Positions 10,152-19,996 of a stretch of 62,038 bases of DNA are shown piece after piece. The DNA comes from Methyloceanibacter sp. (GTDB lineage: Bacteria > Pseudomonadota > Alphaproteobacteria > Rhizobiales > Methyloligellaceae). Under the pieces are notes generated by a model. It was given only the letters and a program-made list of their open reading frames with translations. It ran no database searches and had not been told where the DNA came from. The stretch is from contig DASTKZ010000004.1 of NCBI GenBank assembly GCA_035715445.1, positions 1 to 62,038 on the forward strand. Direction: 5' to 3'. The stretch's first letter is position 1. Each line of letters opens with the position of its first letter. A program made the translations under genes and the position numbers.

Positions 10152-10280
10152 GGGCATGTCCTCGAGATTTTCCGGCAGGGGGGAAACCGGCAATCAGAGG
10201 TGCAACGGCTCTTTGCGCCTTAGGTTCCGGCACGCGCATGCCGGTTTGCCGGCGTAATTTTTGCGAAGCGCGGGAACTGC

Positions 10281-10317
10281 TTGACGCGGGCCAGGAGTTG
10301 TTATGTTATATCATCAC
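10281..10317 (+). promoter_or_regulatory. Sigma70-type -35 (TTGACG) with a Zur box over the -10/start region
   Basis: GTTATGTTATATCATCAC resembles the alphaproteobacterial Zur palindrome (TGTTAT-ATAACA core) and lies directly before the zur ATG. Confidence 0.7.
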
Positions 10318-10318
10318 T

Positions 10319-10723
10319 ATGGCCACCACGCAGCATCACCACCGCCCCAAGCTTTCGCGCAATCAGAACGAGATTCTCGCCTGTTTGCGCCGAGCTAAGG
10401 AGCCGATGAGCGCCTATGCGATCCTCGACCGGGTGAGAACTTCGGGCATCTCGCATCCTCCCACCGTCTACCGCGCGCTGAACGAGCTGATGCAGAAGGG
10501 CATGGTGCATCGCCTTCAGTCGCGCGCGGCCTTCATCGCCTGCGATCATGGCGCCTGCGACGGCAGACTGGCGTTCGCCATCTGCCGCCAATGCGGCAAG
10601 GTCGTCGAGATTCCCCTTTCCGATCGGGACGAGGCGGCGCTGCTCGATCTCGCGCCCGATCAAATCCTGCCGGACCAGGTCACCGTCGAGATCGCGGGCC
10701 GGTGCGAGACCTGCCGCGCTTAA
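10319..10723 (+). CDS. zur: Zinc uptake regulator, Fur family
   Basis: SAYAILD, PPTVYRAL, VHRLQS, CxxC motifs (CRQC, CETC); precedes a metal ABC operon. Confidence 0.88.
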   Translation: MATTQHHHRPKLSRNQNEILACLRRAKEPMSAYAILDRVRTSGISHPPTVYRALNELMQKGMVHRLQSRAAFIACDHGACDGRLAFAICRQCGKVVEIPLSDRDEAALLDLAPDQILPDQVTVEIAGRCETCRA

Positions 10724-10749
10724 AGCCCCGTCAGCAAGAGGACACGTCA

Positions 10750-10887
10750 ATGCGTATCGAACGGCGAGGCGAACCTCACCTTCATGCGGCCTACTCGCTG
10801 CTCCGCCTCTCGCTTGGCGCGCGCCTCCTCTTCGCCGCCGCCGCGTCGGCGTTGCTTTGGGGCGCCGTGCTCTGGGCTTTGAGGTGA
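10750..10887 (+). CDS. Small membrane protein (45 aa) in the zinc operon
   Basis: GAGGA RBS then MRIERRGEPHLHAAYSLLRLSLGARLLFAAAASALLWGAVLWALR; fills the gap between zur and the ATPase gene. Confidence 0.7.
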   Translation: MRIERRGEPHLHAAYSLLRLSLGARLLFAAAASALLWGAVLWALR

Positions 10888-10889
10888 GC

Positions 10890-11663
10890 ATGACCGCGAA
10901 GCGCCCCGCGATCTCCTTCCACGACGCGACGTTCGGCTACGACCGGCATCCGGCTGTGCATCACATCACGGGCGAAGTTAAGTCGGGTGCGCTCCTTGCC
11001 GTCATCGGTCCGAACGGCGCCGGCAAATCGACGCTGCTCAAGGGCATCGCCGGCGAGCTTCGGCCGCTCGGCGGCAGCATCGCGCTCGACGGCGCCAAAG
11101 CTTCGGGGATCGCCTATCTTCCGCAGCAGAACGAGACCGATCGCCTGTTCCCGATCTCGGTGTTCGACTGCGTTGCGATGGGGCTGTGGCGCAAGGTCGG
11201 CGCCTTTGGCGGCATTGACGGCAAGCACGAAGACGAGGTCGCGCATGCGCTCGCGACGGTCGGCTTGCAGGGTCTCTCCAACCGCCTCGTCGGCGCGCTC
11301 TCGGGCGGCCAGTTCCAGCGCGTGATGTTCGCGCGCCTCCTCTTGCAGGACGCCGCCATCATTCTTCTCGACGAGCCGTTCCGCGCCGTTGACAGCAGGA
11401 CCATCGCCGATCTCATCGGGCTGATCGGGCGCTGGCATAAAGAAGGGCGCACCGTGCTCGCGGCGCTGCACGATATCGAGCAGGTGCGGGCGCGTTTCCC
11501 CGAGACGCTCATCCTCGCGCGCGAAGTCGTGGCCTGGGGCGAGACACGCAAAGTGCTGACTTCCGCCAATCTCGCCAAGTCGCGCCAACTGGTCGAGGCC
11601 TTCGACGAGCATGCAGAGATTTGCGCGCGGGACGAGGCAATGCGCGAGCGGGAACCGGCATGA
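10890..11663 (+). CDS. Zn/Mn ABC transporter ATP-binding protein (AztA/ZnuC-like)
   Basis: Walker A GPNGAGKST, LSGGQ signature, LLDEP, C-terminal HxxIC tail. Confidence 0.93.
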   Translation: MTAKRPAISFHDATFGYDRHPAVHHITGEVKSGALLAVIGPNGAGKSTLLKGIAGELRPLGGSIALDGAKASGIAYLPQQNETDRLFPISVFDCVAMGLWRKVGAFGGIDGKHEDEVAHALATVGLQGLSNRLVGALSGGQFQRVMFARLLLQDAAIILLDEPFRAVDSRTIADLIGLIGRWHKEGRTVLAALHDIEQVRARFPETLILAREVVAWGETRKVLTSANLAKSRQLVEAFDEHAEICARDEAMREREPA

Positions 11664-12526
11664 TCGACGCGATCGTCAGTCCCTTCGTGGAATTTTCCTT
11701 CATGCGCCGCGCGCTCGTCGGCTGCCTTGCGCTCTCGCTCGGTGCGCCGCCGATCGGCGTGTTTCTCATGCTGCGGCGCATGAGCCTGATGGGCGACGCC
11801 CTGAGCCATGCCGTGCTCCCGGGGGCGGCCGTCGGCTACCTCCTGTTTGGACTGTCGCTTCCCGCCATGTCGTTCGGCGGATTCGTCGCCGGGCTTACGG
11901 TGGCCCTTGCCGCGGGGCTCGTCGCGCGGGCGACCCTGTTGCGCGAGGACGCGAGCCTCGCAGGGTTCTATCTCGTGTCGCTTGCGCTCGGCGTTCTGAT
12001 CGTCTCGATCAGGGGCAGCAATATCGATCTCCTGCATGTGCTGTTCGGAACGGTGCTTGCGCTCGACGATTCCGCGCTCATTCTCGTCGCCGCGATCGCC
12101 ACGATCTCGCTCACCGTGCTTGCGGTCATCTACCGCCCGCTCGTGCTCGAATGCTTCGATCCGCAATTCCTGCGCTCCGCGAGCGGATGGAGTTCGCCGA
12201 CGCATCTTATCTTCCTCGTGCTCGTGGTGCTCAATCTGGTGGCGGGGTTCCAGGCGCTTGGCACGTTGATGGCGGTCGGCATCATGCTGCTTCCGGCGGT
12301 GACTGCGCGGTTCTGGGCCGAGGATATGTCCGGGCTCATTGCGGTCGCGATCGCGTCCGCCTTCGCGGCGACCGTCGCGGGCCTGCTCCTGTCCTATTAC
12401 GCCAACGTGCCGACCGGACCGGCGACCGTCCTCCTGTGCGGGACCTTCTACCTTGTCTCGATGCTGCTTGGCCCGCGCGGCGGTTTGGTCTGGAACATTG
12501 TTCCGCGCCGTCATCTCGAAGCCTGA
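11660..12526 (+). CDS. Zn/Mn ABC transporter permease (AztB/ZnuB-like)
   Basis: LRRMSLMGDALSHAVLPG ABC-3 motif, multiple TM segments. Confidence 0.93.
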   Translation: MIDAIVSPFVEFSFMRRALVGCLALSLGAPPIGVFLMLRRMSLMGDALSHAVLPGAAVGYLLFGLSLPAMSFGGFVAGLTVALAAGLVARATLLREDASLAGFYLVSLALGVLIVSIRGSNIDLLHVLFGTVLALDDSALILVAAIATISLTVLAVIYRPLVLECFDPQFLRSASGWSSPTHLIFLVLVVLNLVAGFQALGTLMAVGIMLLPAVTARFWAEDMSGLIAVAIASAFAATVAGLLLSYYANVPTGPATVLLCGTFYLVSMLLGPRGGLVWNIVPRRHLEA

Positions 12527-12547
12527 TCTCAACCGCGGAGTTGCGAC

Positions 12548-13459
12548 ATGAAGCGTCACGTCATCTCATGTTTCGCATTGGCCGCCGCTACTCTTCTTCT
12601 CGCTTTGCCGGGCGGAGCGGGCGCCGCAGACAAGGTCAAAGCGGTCGCCTCGTTCAGCATCCTTGGCGACGTGGTCCGCCAGGTGGGCGGCGACAGGGTC
12701 GAGGTCGTGAACCTGGTCGGACCGAACGGCGATGCGCATGTGTTCAGCCCGACGCCCGCGGACGCCAAGGCCCTTGCTTCAGCCGATGTCTTCTTCGTCA
12801 ACGGGCTCGGCTTCGAAGGCTGGATCGAACGGCTGGAGAAATCCGCCGACTTCAAGGGCGAGGTCGTGGTCGCGAGCGAGGGCGTGAAGCCGCTCACCAT
12901 GATCGAGGAGGAGGGCGGCGCGCCCGACACGGTCACCGACCCCCACGCCTGGCAGGACCTCGCCAACGGCAAGATCTATGTCGCCAATATCCGTGACGGT
13001 CTGATCGCCTCCGATCCGGACGGGAAGTCCGCTTACGAGGCGAACGCGGCCAAATATCTCGCGGCGATCGACGAGGAGGAAAGTGCGGTGAAGGCCGCGC
13101 TCGGCGCTCTCCCCGAGGCGCGCCGCAAGATCATCACCTCGCACGATGCTTTCGGATATTTCGGCAAGGCTTACGGGCTTGAGATCATCGCGCCGCAAGG
13201 GGTGAGCACCGAGAGCGAAGCCTCGGCCCAGGACGTGGCCAAGATCATCCGCCAGATCAAGCAGCAGAAGATTCCGGCGGTGTTCGTCGAGAACATCACC
13301 GACCATCGCCTGCTCGACCAGATCGCGCGCGAGACCGGCGCCAAGATCGGCGGTGCGCTCTATTCCGACGCGCTGTCGGAGGCGGACGAACCGGCGCCGA
13401 CCTATCTCGACATGTTCCGCCACAATGCCGGGGCGATCGCGGCGGCGCTGTCGTCCTGA
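12548..13459 (+). CDS. Zn/Mn ABC transporter substrate-binding protein (AztC/TroA-like)
   Basis: DAHVF, DPHAW, TSHDAFGYF, YSDAL metal-ligand motifs; signal peptide. Confidence 0.93.
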   Translation: MKRHVISCFALAAATLLLALPGGAGAADKVKAVASFSILGDVVRQVGGDRVEVVNLVGPNGDAHVFSPTPADAKALASADVFFVNGLGFEGWIERLEKSADFKGEVVVASEGVKPLTMIEEEGGAPDTVTDPHAWQDLANGKIYVANIRDGLIASDPDGKSAYEANAAKYLAAIDEEESAVKAALGALPEARRKIITSHDAFGYFGKAYGLEIIAPQGVSTESEASAQDVAKIIRQIKQQKIPAVFVENITDHRLLDQIARETGAKIGGALYSDALSEADEPAPTYLDMFRHNAGAIAAALSS

Positions 13460-13502
13460 GGCGATGCTTCTCTCCGGACGAGGCCGCGATTATTCTCAAG
13501 AC

Positions 13503-13871
13503 ATGGTCACGGCTTCGCTGTCACGCCTGACCGGCTTCGCCGGGGCGGCACTGCTCGCGGCGATCGTCGTCGCGACGTTTGTTCCGGCGGCGTGGCAGGT
13601 GAGGCTCGGGCTGCATTGGCTCTTGGAGCACTTCCTTGCCTATTTCACCCTCACCCTCGTGTCCTCGATTGCCACGCGCCGGCCGATAACGGTGGCGGCT
13701 GTGCTCCTCCCGGTCGCCATTGTCTTGGAGACCTTGCAGGCGCTGACGGCCGATCGCGTGGCCGACGCCGCGACCGCGCTCTTTGCCGCCGCGGGCGTCG
13801 CATCGGCGGCGCTCCTTGCCGACCTCGTGATGGCGCTTGGGGGCAAGGCCGCAAGCGGGCCAAAAGCCTGA
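13503..13871 (+). CDS. VanZ-like membrane protein
   Basis: EHFLAY and LExxQ...R.AD motifs, hydrophobic; start uncertain. Confidence 0.6.
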   Translation: MVTASLSRLTGFAGAALLAAIVVATFVPAAWQVRLGLHWLLEHFLAYFTLTLVSSIATRRPITVAAVLLPVAIVLETLQALTADRVADAATALFAAAGVASAALLADLVMALGGKAASGPKA

Positions 13872-13931
13872 CACGCCGGGGTTCTGGCGCGGCCCCGCCA
13901 AATATCACCAAATATGATGTATCCTGACCCC

Positions 13932-15173
13932 ATGGAGACCAAGGCCCGTCGGCGCGCAATTCCGGTCAGGATCGGCACCGTCACGGTCGGTGGCGACGCG
14001 CCGATCGTCGTGCAGTCCATGACCAATACCGACACGGCCGATGTCGAAGCGACGGCGGCCCAGGTCGCGGCGTTGGCGCGCGCGGGCTCGGAGCTTGTCC
14101 GCATCACCGTCGATCGCGCCGAGGCGGCCGCCGCCGTGCCGCGTATCAAGGAGCGGCTCGACCGGCAGGGCGTCGATGCGCCGCTCATCGGCGACTTCCA
14201 CTTTAACGGCCACACGCTTCTGAAAGAGCATCCGGCTTGCGCCGAGGCGCTGGCCAAGTATCGCATCAATCCCGGCAATGTCGGCTTCAAGGACAAGCGC
14301 GACAGGCAGTTCGCCGAGATCATCGCGATCGCGCTTCGTCACTCAAAGCCGGTGCGGATCGGCGTGAATTGGGGAAGTCTCGACCAAGAGCTGCTGACGC
14401 GGCTGATGGACGAGAACGCGGCCTTGCGTGAACCAATGGAAGCTCGCGCGGTGATGCACGAGGCGATCGTGCAGTCGGCGTTGCTCAGTGCCGAGCGCGC
14501 GATCGAGCTCGGGCTTGGGCCGGGGCGCATCATCCTTTCGGCCAAGGTCTCAGCCGTGCAGGACCTGATCGCGGTTTACTCCATGCTCGGGTCGCGCTCC
14601 GAGCTTGCGCTCCATCTCGGGCTGACCGAGGCGGGCATGGGCTCCAAAGGCATCGTCGCCTCCTCGGCCGCGCTCGGCGTGCTGCTGCAACAGGGGATCG
14701 GCGACACGATCCGCATCTCGCTTACGCCCGAGCCCGGCGGAGACCGCACCCTCGAAGTGAAGGTCGCGCAGGAGCTGCTTCAGAGTATGGGCTTGAGGCA
14801 TTTCGTGCCGGTGGTCGCGGCCTGCCCCGGCTGCGGGCGCACCACCTCGACTACCTTCCAGGAGCTTGCCAGCGACATTCAGGACTTCATCCGCGACGAG
14901 ATGCCGGTGTGGAAGCGCCGCTATCCGGGCATTGAGACGCTCACGGTCGCGGTGATGGGCTGCATCGTCAACGGGCCCGGCGAATCGAAGCATGCCGATA
15001 TCGGCATCTCGCTTCCCGGAACCGGCGAGGCGCCGGCGGCGCCCGTGTTCATCGACGGCAAGAAGGCGGCGACTTTGCGCGGGCCAGGCGCCGCGGCGGA
15101 GTTCAAGCAGATGGTGCTCGACTATATCGAACGGCGGTTCGGCCGGAGCGCCGGCCGCGACGCGGCGGAGTAG
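13932..15173 (+). CDS. ispG: (E)-4-hydroxy-3-methylbut-2-enyl diphosphate synthase
   Basis: [40 protein letters not shown]. Confidence 0.97.
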   Translation: METKARRRAIPVRIGTVTVGGDAPIVVQSMTNTDTADVEATAAQVAALARAGSELVRITVDRAEAAAAVPRIKERLDRQGVDAPLIGDFHFNGHTLLKEHPACAEALAKYRINPGNVGFKDKRDRQFAEIIAIALRHSKPVRIGVNWGSLDQELLTRLMDENAALREPMEARAVMHEAIVQSALLSAERAIELGLGPGRIILSAKVSAVQDLIAVYSMLGSRSELALHLGLTEAGMGSKGIVASSAALGVLLQQGIGDTIRISLTPEPGGDRTLEVKVAQELLQSMGLRHFVPVVAACPGCGRTTSTTFQELASDIQDFIRDEMPVWKRRYPGIETLTVAVMGCIVNGPGESKHADIGISLPGTGEAPAAPVFIDGKKAATLRGPGAAAEFKQMVLDYIERRFGRSAGRDAAE

Positions 15174-15181
15174 GGGGTGAG

Positions 15182-15703
15182 ATGCGGAAGGGGTTCCTCG
15201 CGCTGATCGCGCTTCTCATTGTCGGCACGGCCGCGCTCGCCGAAGACGTTGCCGAGGAAGAGGCAGACGTCGATTCGTGGATCGGCTGCTGGAGCCGCGT
15301 CTACGATGCCGTGCACCTTGCCAAGCACCCGGCGCAGAAGGTCGCGGCGATGACGCTCTCTGTTGCGCCGCGCGAGGGCGAAAGCGACGGCGCGCCCGGC
15401 GCCTACCGCGCCAAGATCACCGCGCTCGTGCGCGACAAGCAGGACACTTTCGTCAATCCCGAAAACGCCCGCTGCGTCGAGCAGGGTACTGCGCTCTCCT
15501 GCTTCACCGACGGATTCTTCATCGGCCAATTCTCGATCGAGCGCGCCGGCAAGAACCGGAAGCTCGCGCTTCGCGGCGCGGGCCAGAATCTTGCGCTCGT
15601 GCCGGGGGTCGATCTCGGCGCCTTCATCGTCTTGTCGTCGCAAGATGCGGAGAACGCGCTGTTCCTGCTCCAGGCAGCTCCGGCGAAATCCTGCGCGCGG
15701 TAA
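15182..15703 (+). CDS. Hypothetical secreted protein
   Basis: GGGGG RBS, signal peptide, GCWSRVYDxxHLAKHPxQKV motif, four Cys. Confidence 0.75.
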   Translation: MRKGFLALIALLIVGTAALAEDVAEEEADVDSWIGCWSRVYDAVHLAKHPAQKVAAMTLSVAPREGESDGAPGAYRAKITALVRDKQDTFVNPENARCVEQGTALSCFTDGFFIGQFSIERAGKNRKLALRGAGQNLALVPGVDLGAFIVLSSQDAENALFLLQAAPAKSCAR

Positions 15704-15712
15704 TGTGAGGCT

Positions 15713-16429
15713 TCAGCCCTGCACCAGCTGCGCGGCGAAATTAACGCCAAGCGCGATTACCGCCGTGTTGAAGAAGAACGATAAAATGCCATGCACAACC
15801 ACGACGGCGCGCATGGGCCGCGACGATACCGAGACATCGGAGGTTTGTGCCGTGGTTCCCACCACGAAGGAAAAATAGACGAAGTCGAGATAGTCAGGCG
15901 TATGTTCTCCTGGAAATTTGAGACCGCCGCCAGCGCCGGCTTTGCCCCCCTTCTCGCTGTGGAACTCATGGGCGTAAAACACGGCGAACACCAACTGGAT
16001 CAACAGCCACGAAAGAACGAGTGTTGAGACCGACAAGACGATGCTGATGGTACGGTCGAAGCCATGTTCGGTCTTGAGGGCGGCCAACTGCGTCAACAAC
16101 GCAAGCATGGCGAAGAACGACCCGAGGATGACGATGACAAGGACGGCGATGCGGCTCTCACGCTCAATGCCAGCCTCTTGCTTGATGCCTTCGATCTCGG
16201 CGTGCCACATCTTTTGCACGACGAGGCCAAGATAGAGCCAACCGCCGGCGTTCCAGCCCGTGAGCGCGCGCGTGACCCAATCCTCGGTCGGCACAAGGAT
16301 GGCAAAGGCTAAACCGACGGCAGTCGCGATCAGGAAGCGAATCTGCGCCTGACCATGCAATGCCAGCGTCTCCCAACCTGACAATTGGCGCTTTTTGCCC
16401 GGCGTTGGTGACTTTTTCCACGGTGCCAT
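15713..16429 (-). CDS. DUF1345 family membrane protein
   Basis: YAHEF, FPG..PDYLDFVYFSFVVGTTAQTSDV, HGILSFFFNT. Confidence 0.88.
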   Translation of the reverse strand: MAPWKKSPTPGKKRQLSGWETLALHGQAQIRFLIATAVGLAFAILVPTEDWVTRALTGWNAGGWLYLGLVVQKMWHAEIEGIKQEAGIERESRIAVLVIVILGSFFAMLALLTQLAALKTEHGFDRTISIVLSVSTLVLSWLLIQLVFAVFYAHEFHSEKGGKAGAGGGLKFPGEHTPDYLDFVYFSFVVGTTAQTSDVSVSSRPMRAVVVVHGILSFFFNTAVIALGVNFAAQLVQG

Positions 16430-16444
16430 AGCCTCTCATCGCGC

Positions 16445-17335
16445 TCAGCGCTTACGGTCTACCGCGAATCGCACGATCTCAACCAGAGTGATCGCCCGAT
16501 CGCCGAACGGGGCAAGCGCCTGCTCGGCTTCGACGACGAGCTCGTCGAGCCGTTGCCGCGCCATGTCGGGGCCGAGGCGGGCAAGAAGCGTCGCTTTGCC
16601 GCGGGAAGCGTCCTTCGCCACGGCCTTGCCGAGGGCGGCCGCGTCACCTTCGGCATCGAGCAGATCGTCGGCGAGCTGAAACGCCTGGCCGAGGGAAGAC
16701 GCGTAGGCGATGAGAGCCGCGCGTTCGGGCAAGCCGGCGCGTCCGAGCGCTGCCCCCGCCTCGCAGGCGAAACGGAACAGGGCGCCGGTCTTGAGCGCCT
16801 GCATGGCGGCAATCTCGGACGGCGTGAAGCTCTGCCGCTCGGGGCTGAGATCGAGCGCCTGGCCTTGCGCCATGCCGCGCCAGCCGGCGGCTCGCGCGAG
16901 AAGAAGGACAAGCTCGGCGCGGATGGCGGGATCGGGATGGGTGCCATCGTCGCTCAGGATCTCGAAAGTGAGGGTGAGCAGCGCATCGCCGGCGAGGATG
17001 GCGGTCGCCTCGTCGAAAGCAATATGGAGAGCGGGCCGGCCGCGCCGGACGGCGTCGTCGTCCATGGCGGGCAAGTCGTCATGCGCCAGCGAGTAGCAGT
17101 GGATGCATTCGAGCGCGGTCGCGGCCGGAAGGGCCTCCTCGTCCTTAACGCCGAACAGCCGTGCCGACTCGACAAGAAGGAACGGTCTCAGGCGCTTGCC
17201 GCCGCTAAGCGCGGCGTAGCGCATGGCCTCGCCCAGCCGCTTGTCCTCGGGCCTCCCGCCGGGCTTGGCGAGCAGCCGGTCGAGCCGTCTCTCGACGGCC
17301 GCGGCAACCCGTTCGAGCTCTGCGAGAAGGGACAT
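16445..17335 (-). CDS. ispA: Farnesyl diphosphate synthase / geranyltranstransferase
   Basis: GGKRLRP, DDLPAMDDD..RRG, GQALD, FQLADDLLD. Confidence 0.93.
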   Translation of the reverse strand: MSLLAELERVAAAVERRLDRLLAKPGGRPEDKRLGEAMRYAALSGGKRLRPFLLVESARLFGVKDEEALPAATALECIHCYSLAHDDLPAMDDDAVRRGRPALHIAFDEATAILAGDALLTLTFEILSDDGTHPDPAIRAELVLLLARAAGWRGMAQGQALDLSPERQSFTPSEIAAMQALKTGALFRFACEAGAALGRAGLPERAALIAYASSLGQAFQLADDLLDAEGDAAALGKAVAKDASRGKATLLARLGPDMARQRLDELVVEAEQALAPFGDRAITLVEIVRFAVDRKR

Positions 17336-17440
17336 GTGGGAAAGCGAAACAATAGCGGCGCTTTGCCGCAAAATGATCGGTAATCCTTACCCTAATACGA
17401 CGTTGCTTGAGGCGGCAACCCGAGGGTACAAGGCCCAGTT

Positions 17441-18175
17441 ATGACGGTCCAAGCGGTCTCAGGCGAGCGCACGCGGAAGCGCAGCATGAGGCGAAAAAAG
17501 CATCCCTGGCTCAGGCGCACCTTTCGCCTTATTTCGGTGATCGCCGCCGTAATCGTCCTTTCAATCATCGCCTTTCGCTTCATCAATCCGCCCATCACCC
17601 CGGTCATGGCCGTGGAGAAGCTGAAGGGGAATACGCTTCGCCACCAATGGCTGCCGCTTAAGGATATGTCGCCGCAGCTTCCGCTCGCCGCGATCGCGAG
17701 CGAGGACGGCCGTTTCTGCTACCACTGGGGCGTCGATTGGAGCGCGGTGAACGAGGCCATCAAGGAAGGGGGAGGCCTCGGGGCTTTTCGCGGCGCAAGC
17801 ACGATACCGATGCAGACCGCGAAGAACCTCTATCTGTGGAGCGGGCGGAGCTATGTGCGCAAAGCGATCGAGGTGCCGCTCGCCTATGTTATGTCGGTGC
17901 TATGGCCGAAGGCGCGGATGATGGAGGTCTATCTCAATGTCGCCCAATTCGGCCCCGGCATTTTCGGAGTCGAAGCGGCAAGCCGTTACTATTTCCACAA
18001 GAGCGCGGCGGACCTGACCCGCCGCGAGGCGGTTCTTTTGGTGGCGACGCTGCCCAATCCGCGCTTCCGCAACCCGGCACGGCCGAGCCGGCGCATGCTG
18101 CTGGTCACGCTGGCGGTCGAGCGGCGCCTGCCGATCATGGCCGCGCGCACGGGTTGCCTTGAGCCACGGCGTTAA
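17441..18175 (+). CDS. mtgA: Monofunctional biosynthetic peptidoglycan transglycosylase
   Basis: SEDGRF..H.GVD, RGASTI.MQTAKNL, RKAIE, YLN, LPNP; start approximate. Confidence 0.93.
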   Translation: MTVQAVSGERTRKRSMRRKKHPWLRRTFRLISVIAAVIVLSIIAFRFINPPITPVMAVEKLKGNTLRHQWLPLKDMSPQLPLAAIASEDGRFCYHWGVDWSAVNEAIKEGGGLGAFRGASTIPMQTAKNLYLWSGRSYVRKAIEVPLAYVMSVLWPKARMMEVYLNVAQFGPGIFGVEAASRYYFHKSAADLTRREAVLLVATLPNPRFRNPARPSRRMLLVTLAVERRLPIMAARTGCLEPRR

Positions 18176-18286
18176 GCCTTCGTTTTGTTGTTCGGCCCTC
18201 TGGCCAGCCCCGAGGATTGCCACTATAAGGGCGGGCTCAATCAGGCGCGGCAACCCGCGCCGGTCTGTCGATAGGGTTTTACGAGA

Positions 18287-18472
18287 ATGGCCGTTCCCAA
18301 AAGAAAAACCTCGCGGATGAAGCGCGGCAACAGGCGGAGCCACGATAGGCTTCAGGCTCCGACTTACATCGAGGATAAGGATTCCGGCGAGCTCCGCCGG
18401 CCGCATCACATCGACTTGAAATCGGGCCGCTATCGCGGCCGCCAAGTGCTCGACGTCAAGGAAGAGACTTAA
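18287..18472 (+). CDS. rpmF: 50S ribosomal protein L32 (Cys-free form)
   Basis: MAVPKRKTS...RRSHD...GELRRPHH. Confidence 0.97.
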   Translation: MAVPKRKTSRMKRGNRRSHDRLQAPTYIEDKDSGELRRPHHIDLKSGRYRGRQVLDVKEET

Positions 18473-18515
18473 AGCTAGGGACTTGAAGCTGACTTAAAGC
18501 TAGGGACTTGAAGCT
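18466..18515. repeat. Perfect 25-bp tandem duplication
   Basis: GACTTAAAGCTAGGGACTTGAAGCT at 18466-18490 and 18491-18515. Confidence 0.95.
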
Positions 18516-19063
18516 TAAGTCTTCGGCGCGCCGCCTTCTGTCGCGGTGAGGCGCTTTGCCAGCGCCGCAAGCTCGGCGTCGTGAATGCCCACCTCCTCGA
18601 GATGGCGCACGGTGTTCAGCACGTAATCGACATTGCCGCCGGCGAGGCCCACTGCCGACCGCACCAGCGCCGCCTGCCGCGCGAGCGATAGGCGTCCCGC
18701 ATATTGCGGGTGGCCGCGATCGGCCAGATAGCACAGGGCGTCGCATTGGCGGTCTGAGCCGTCGAGCAGGCTCACCTGCTTGATTGCCTCCACATAGACG
18801 TCCGTCACCTGCTCGCGCGCGCGGAGATAGGCGACCGTCTCGTCGCGATTGTCGGCTTCCACCCGGAAGGCGATGCCGCGGCAAGCGCCGCCTTCGTCGA
18901 GACCGAGCACGAGACCCGGGCGTTCCTGCGTCCCGCGATGATGGAAGGAATAGATGCAAAGCGAGCGGTGCGCGCCGATCAGAGCCGCGGGCACGCGCTC
19001 CATGAAGGCGAAGCCCGGCTGCCACATCAGAGAGCCGTAGCCGAACACCCAAAGCTCAGCCAT
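18515..19063 (-). CDS. chaC: Gamma-glutamylcyclotransferase, ChaC family
   Basis: WVFGYGSLMW, HRGT..RPGLVLGL, YLRARE. Confidence 0.93.
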   Translation of the reverse strand: MAELWVFGYGSLMWQPGFAFMERVPAALIGAHRSLCIYSFHHRGTQERPGLVLGLDEGGACRGIAFRVEADNRDETVAYLRAREQVTDVYVEAIKQVSLLDGSDRQCDALCYLADRGHPQYAGRLSLARQAALVRSAVGLAGGNVDYVLNTVRHLEEVGIHDAELAALAKRLTATEGGAPKT

Positions 19064-19069
19064 GAGCCG

Positions 19070-19996
19070 TCAGTCGTCGTGGCCGTGCGGCCGGCCGAAA
19101 TCGGCCGCGTCGGTGTCTTGCCCCGCCTCGATGATCCCGCGGCGAATGGCGCGGGTGCGGGTAAACAGCGCTTCGAGCGCGGGTCCGTCGTCCCAGCGGA
19201 TCATGCGCTGAAGGGCGGCGAGGTCCTCGGAGAAGCGGGCCAACATTTCCAGCACCGCCTCCTTGTTGTTGAGGAACACGTCGCGCCACATCACGGGGTC
19301 CGAAGCGGCGATGCGGGTGAAGTCGCGGAAGCCGCCCGCCGAGAACTTGACGACCTCCGACTGCGTGACTTCCTCCATGTCGGCGGCGGTGCCGACAATA
19401 TTGTAGGCGATGAGATGCGGCACGTGGCTGGTGATGGCGAGAACGAGGTCATGATGCTCGGCGCTCATGATCTCGACCTTGGCGCCGATGAGGCGCCAGA
19501 AGGCGGCGAGGCGGTCAACCGCCGCGGCGTCGGTTCCCTCGGGCGGCGTCAAGATGCACCAGCGGCCTTCGAACAGTTCGGCGAAGCCCGAATCGGGACC
19601 GGAGTGCTCCGTGCCCGCGACGGGATGGGCCGGCACGAAATGAAGGGTCTTCGGCAAATGCGCGCCCATGTCGCGGATGACCGAGCTCTTGACCGATCCC
19701 ACGTCGGACACCGTGGCGCCGGACTTGAGATGCGGGCCAATTTCTTTAGCGACCGTGCCGCAGACGCCAACGGGAATGCAGACGATGACGAGGTCGGCGC
19801 CCTTGACCGCGTGGGCGTTGGTCTCGACCACCTTGTCGGCGATGCCGAGCTCGGCAACGCGTTTTCTCGTTTTCGCCGAGCGCGCGGTCGCCACGATTTC
19901 GCGCACGGCGCCATGAGCGCGGGCGGCACGCGCGATCGAGGAGCCGATCAGCCCAACGCCGATAAGCGCGAGCGTGTCGTAAAGCGGCGTCGTCAT
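19070..19996 (-). CDS. tyrC: Prephenate/arogenate (cyclohexadienyl) dehydrogenase
   Basis: [37 protein letters not shown]. Confidence 0.93.
   Translation of the reverse strand: MTTPLYDTLALIGVGLIGSSIARAARAHGAVREIVATARSAKTRKRVAELGIADKVVETNAHAVKGADLVIVCIPVGVCGTVAKEIGPHLKSGATVSDVGSVKSSVIRDMGAHLPKTLHFVPAHPVAGTEHSGPDSGFAELFEGRWCILTPPEGTDAAAVDRLAAFWRLIGAKVEIMSAEHHDLVLAITSHVPHLIAYNIVGTAADMEEVTQSEVVKFSAGGFRDFTRIAASDPVMWRDVFLNNKEAVLEMLARFSEDLAALQRMIRWDDGPALEALFTRTRAIRRGIIEAGQDTDAADFGRPHGHDD

Noticed and set aside
18287-18472. Cys-free L32 as a Zur-regulated zinc-sparing paralog
   Set aside because: The Cys-free form is usual in this group and I saw no Zur box upstream.
18466-18515. CRISPR-like repeat
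   Set aside because: Only two abutting copies, no spacers and no cas genes.
18515-19063. ChaC as the enzyme cleaving gamma-glutamylmethylamide
   Set aside because: It sits in the common hisC-tyrC-chaC housekeeping context, 10 kb from the amine genes, and nothing in the sequence links it to them.
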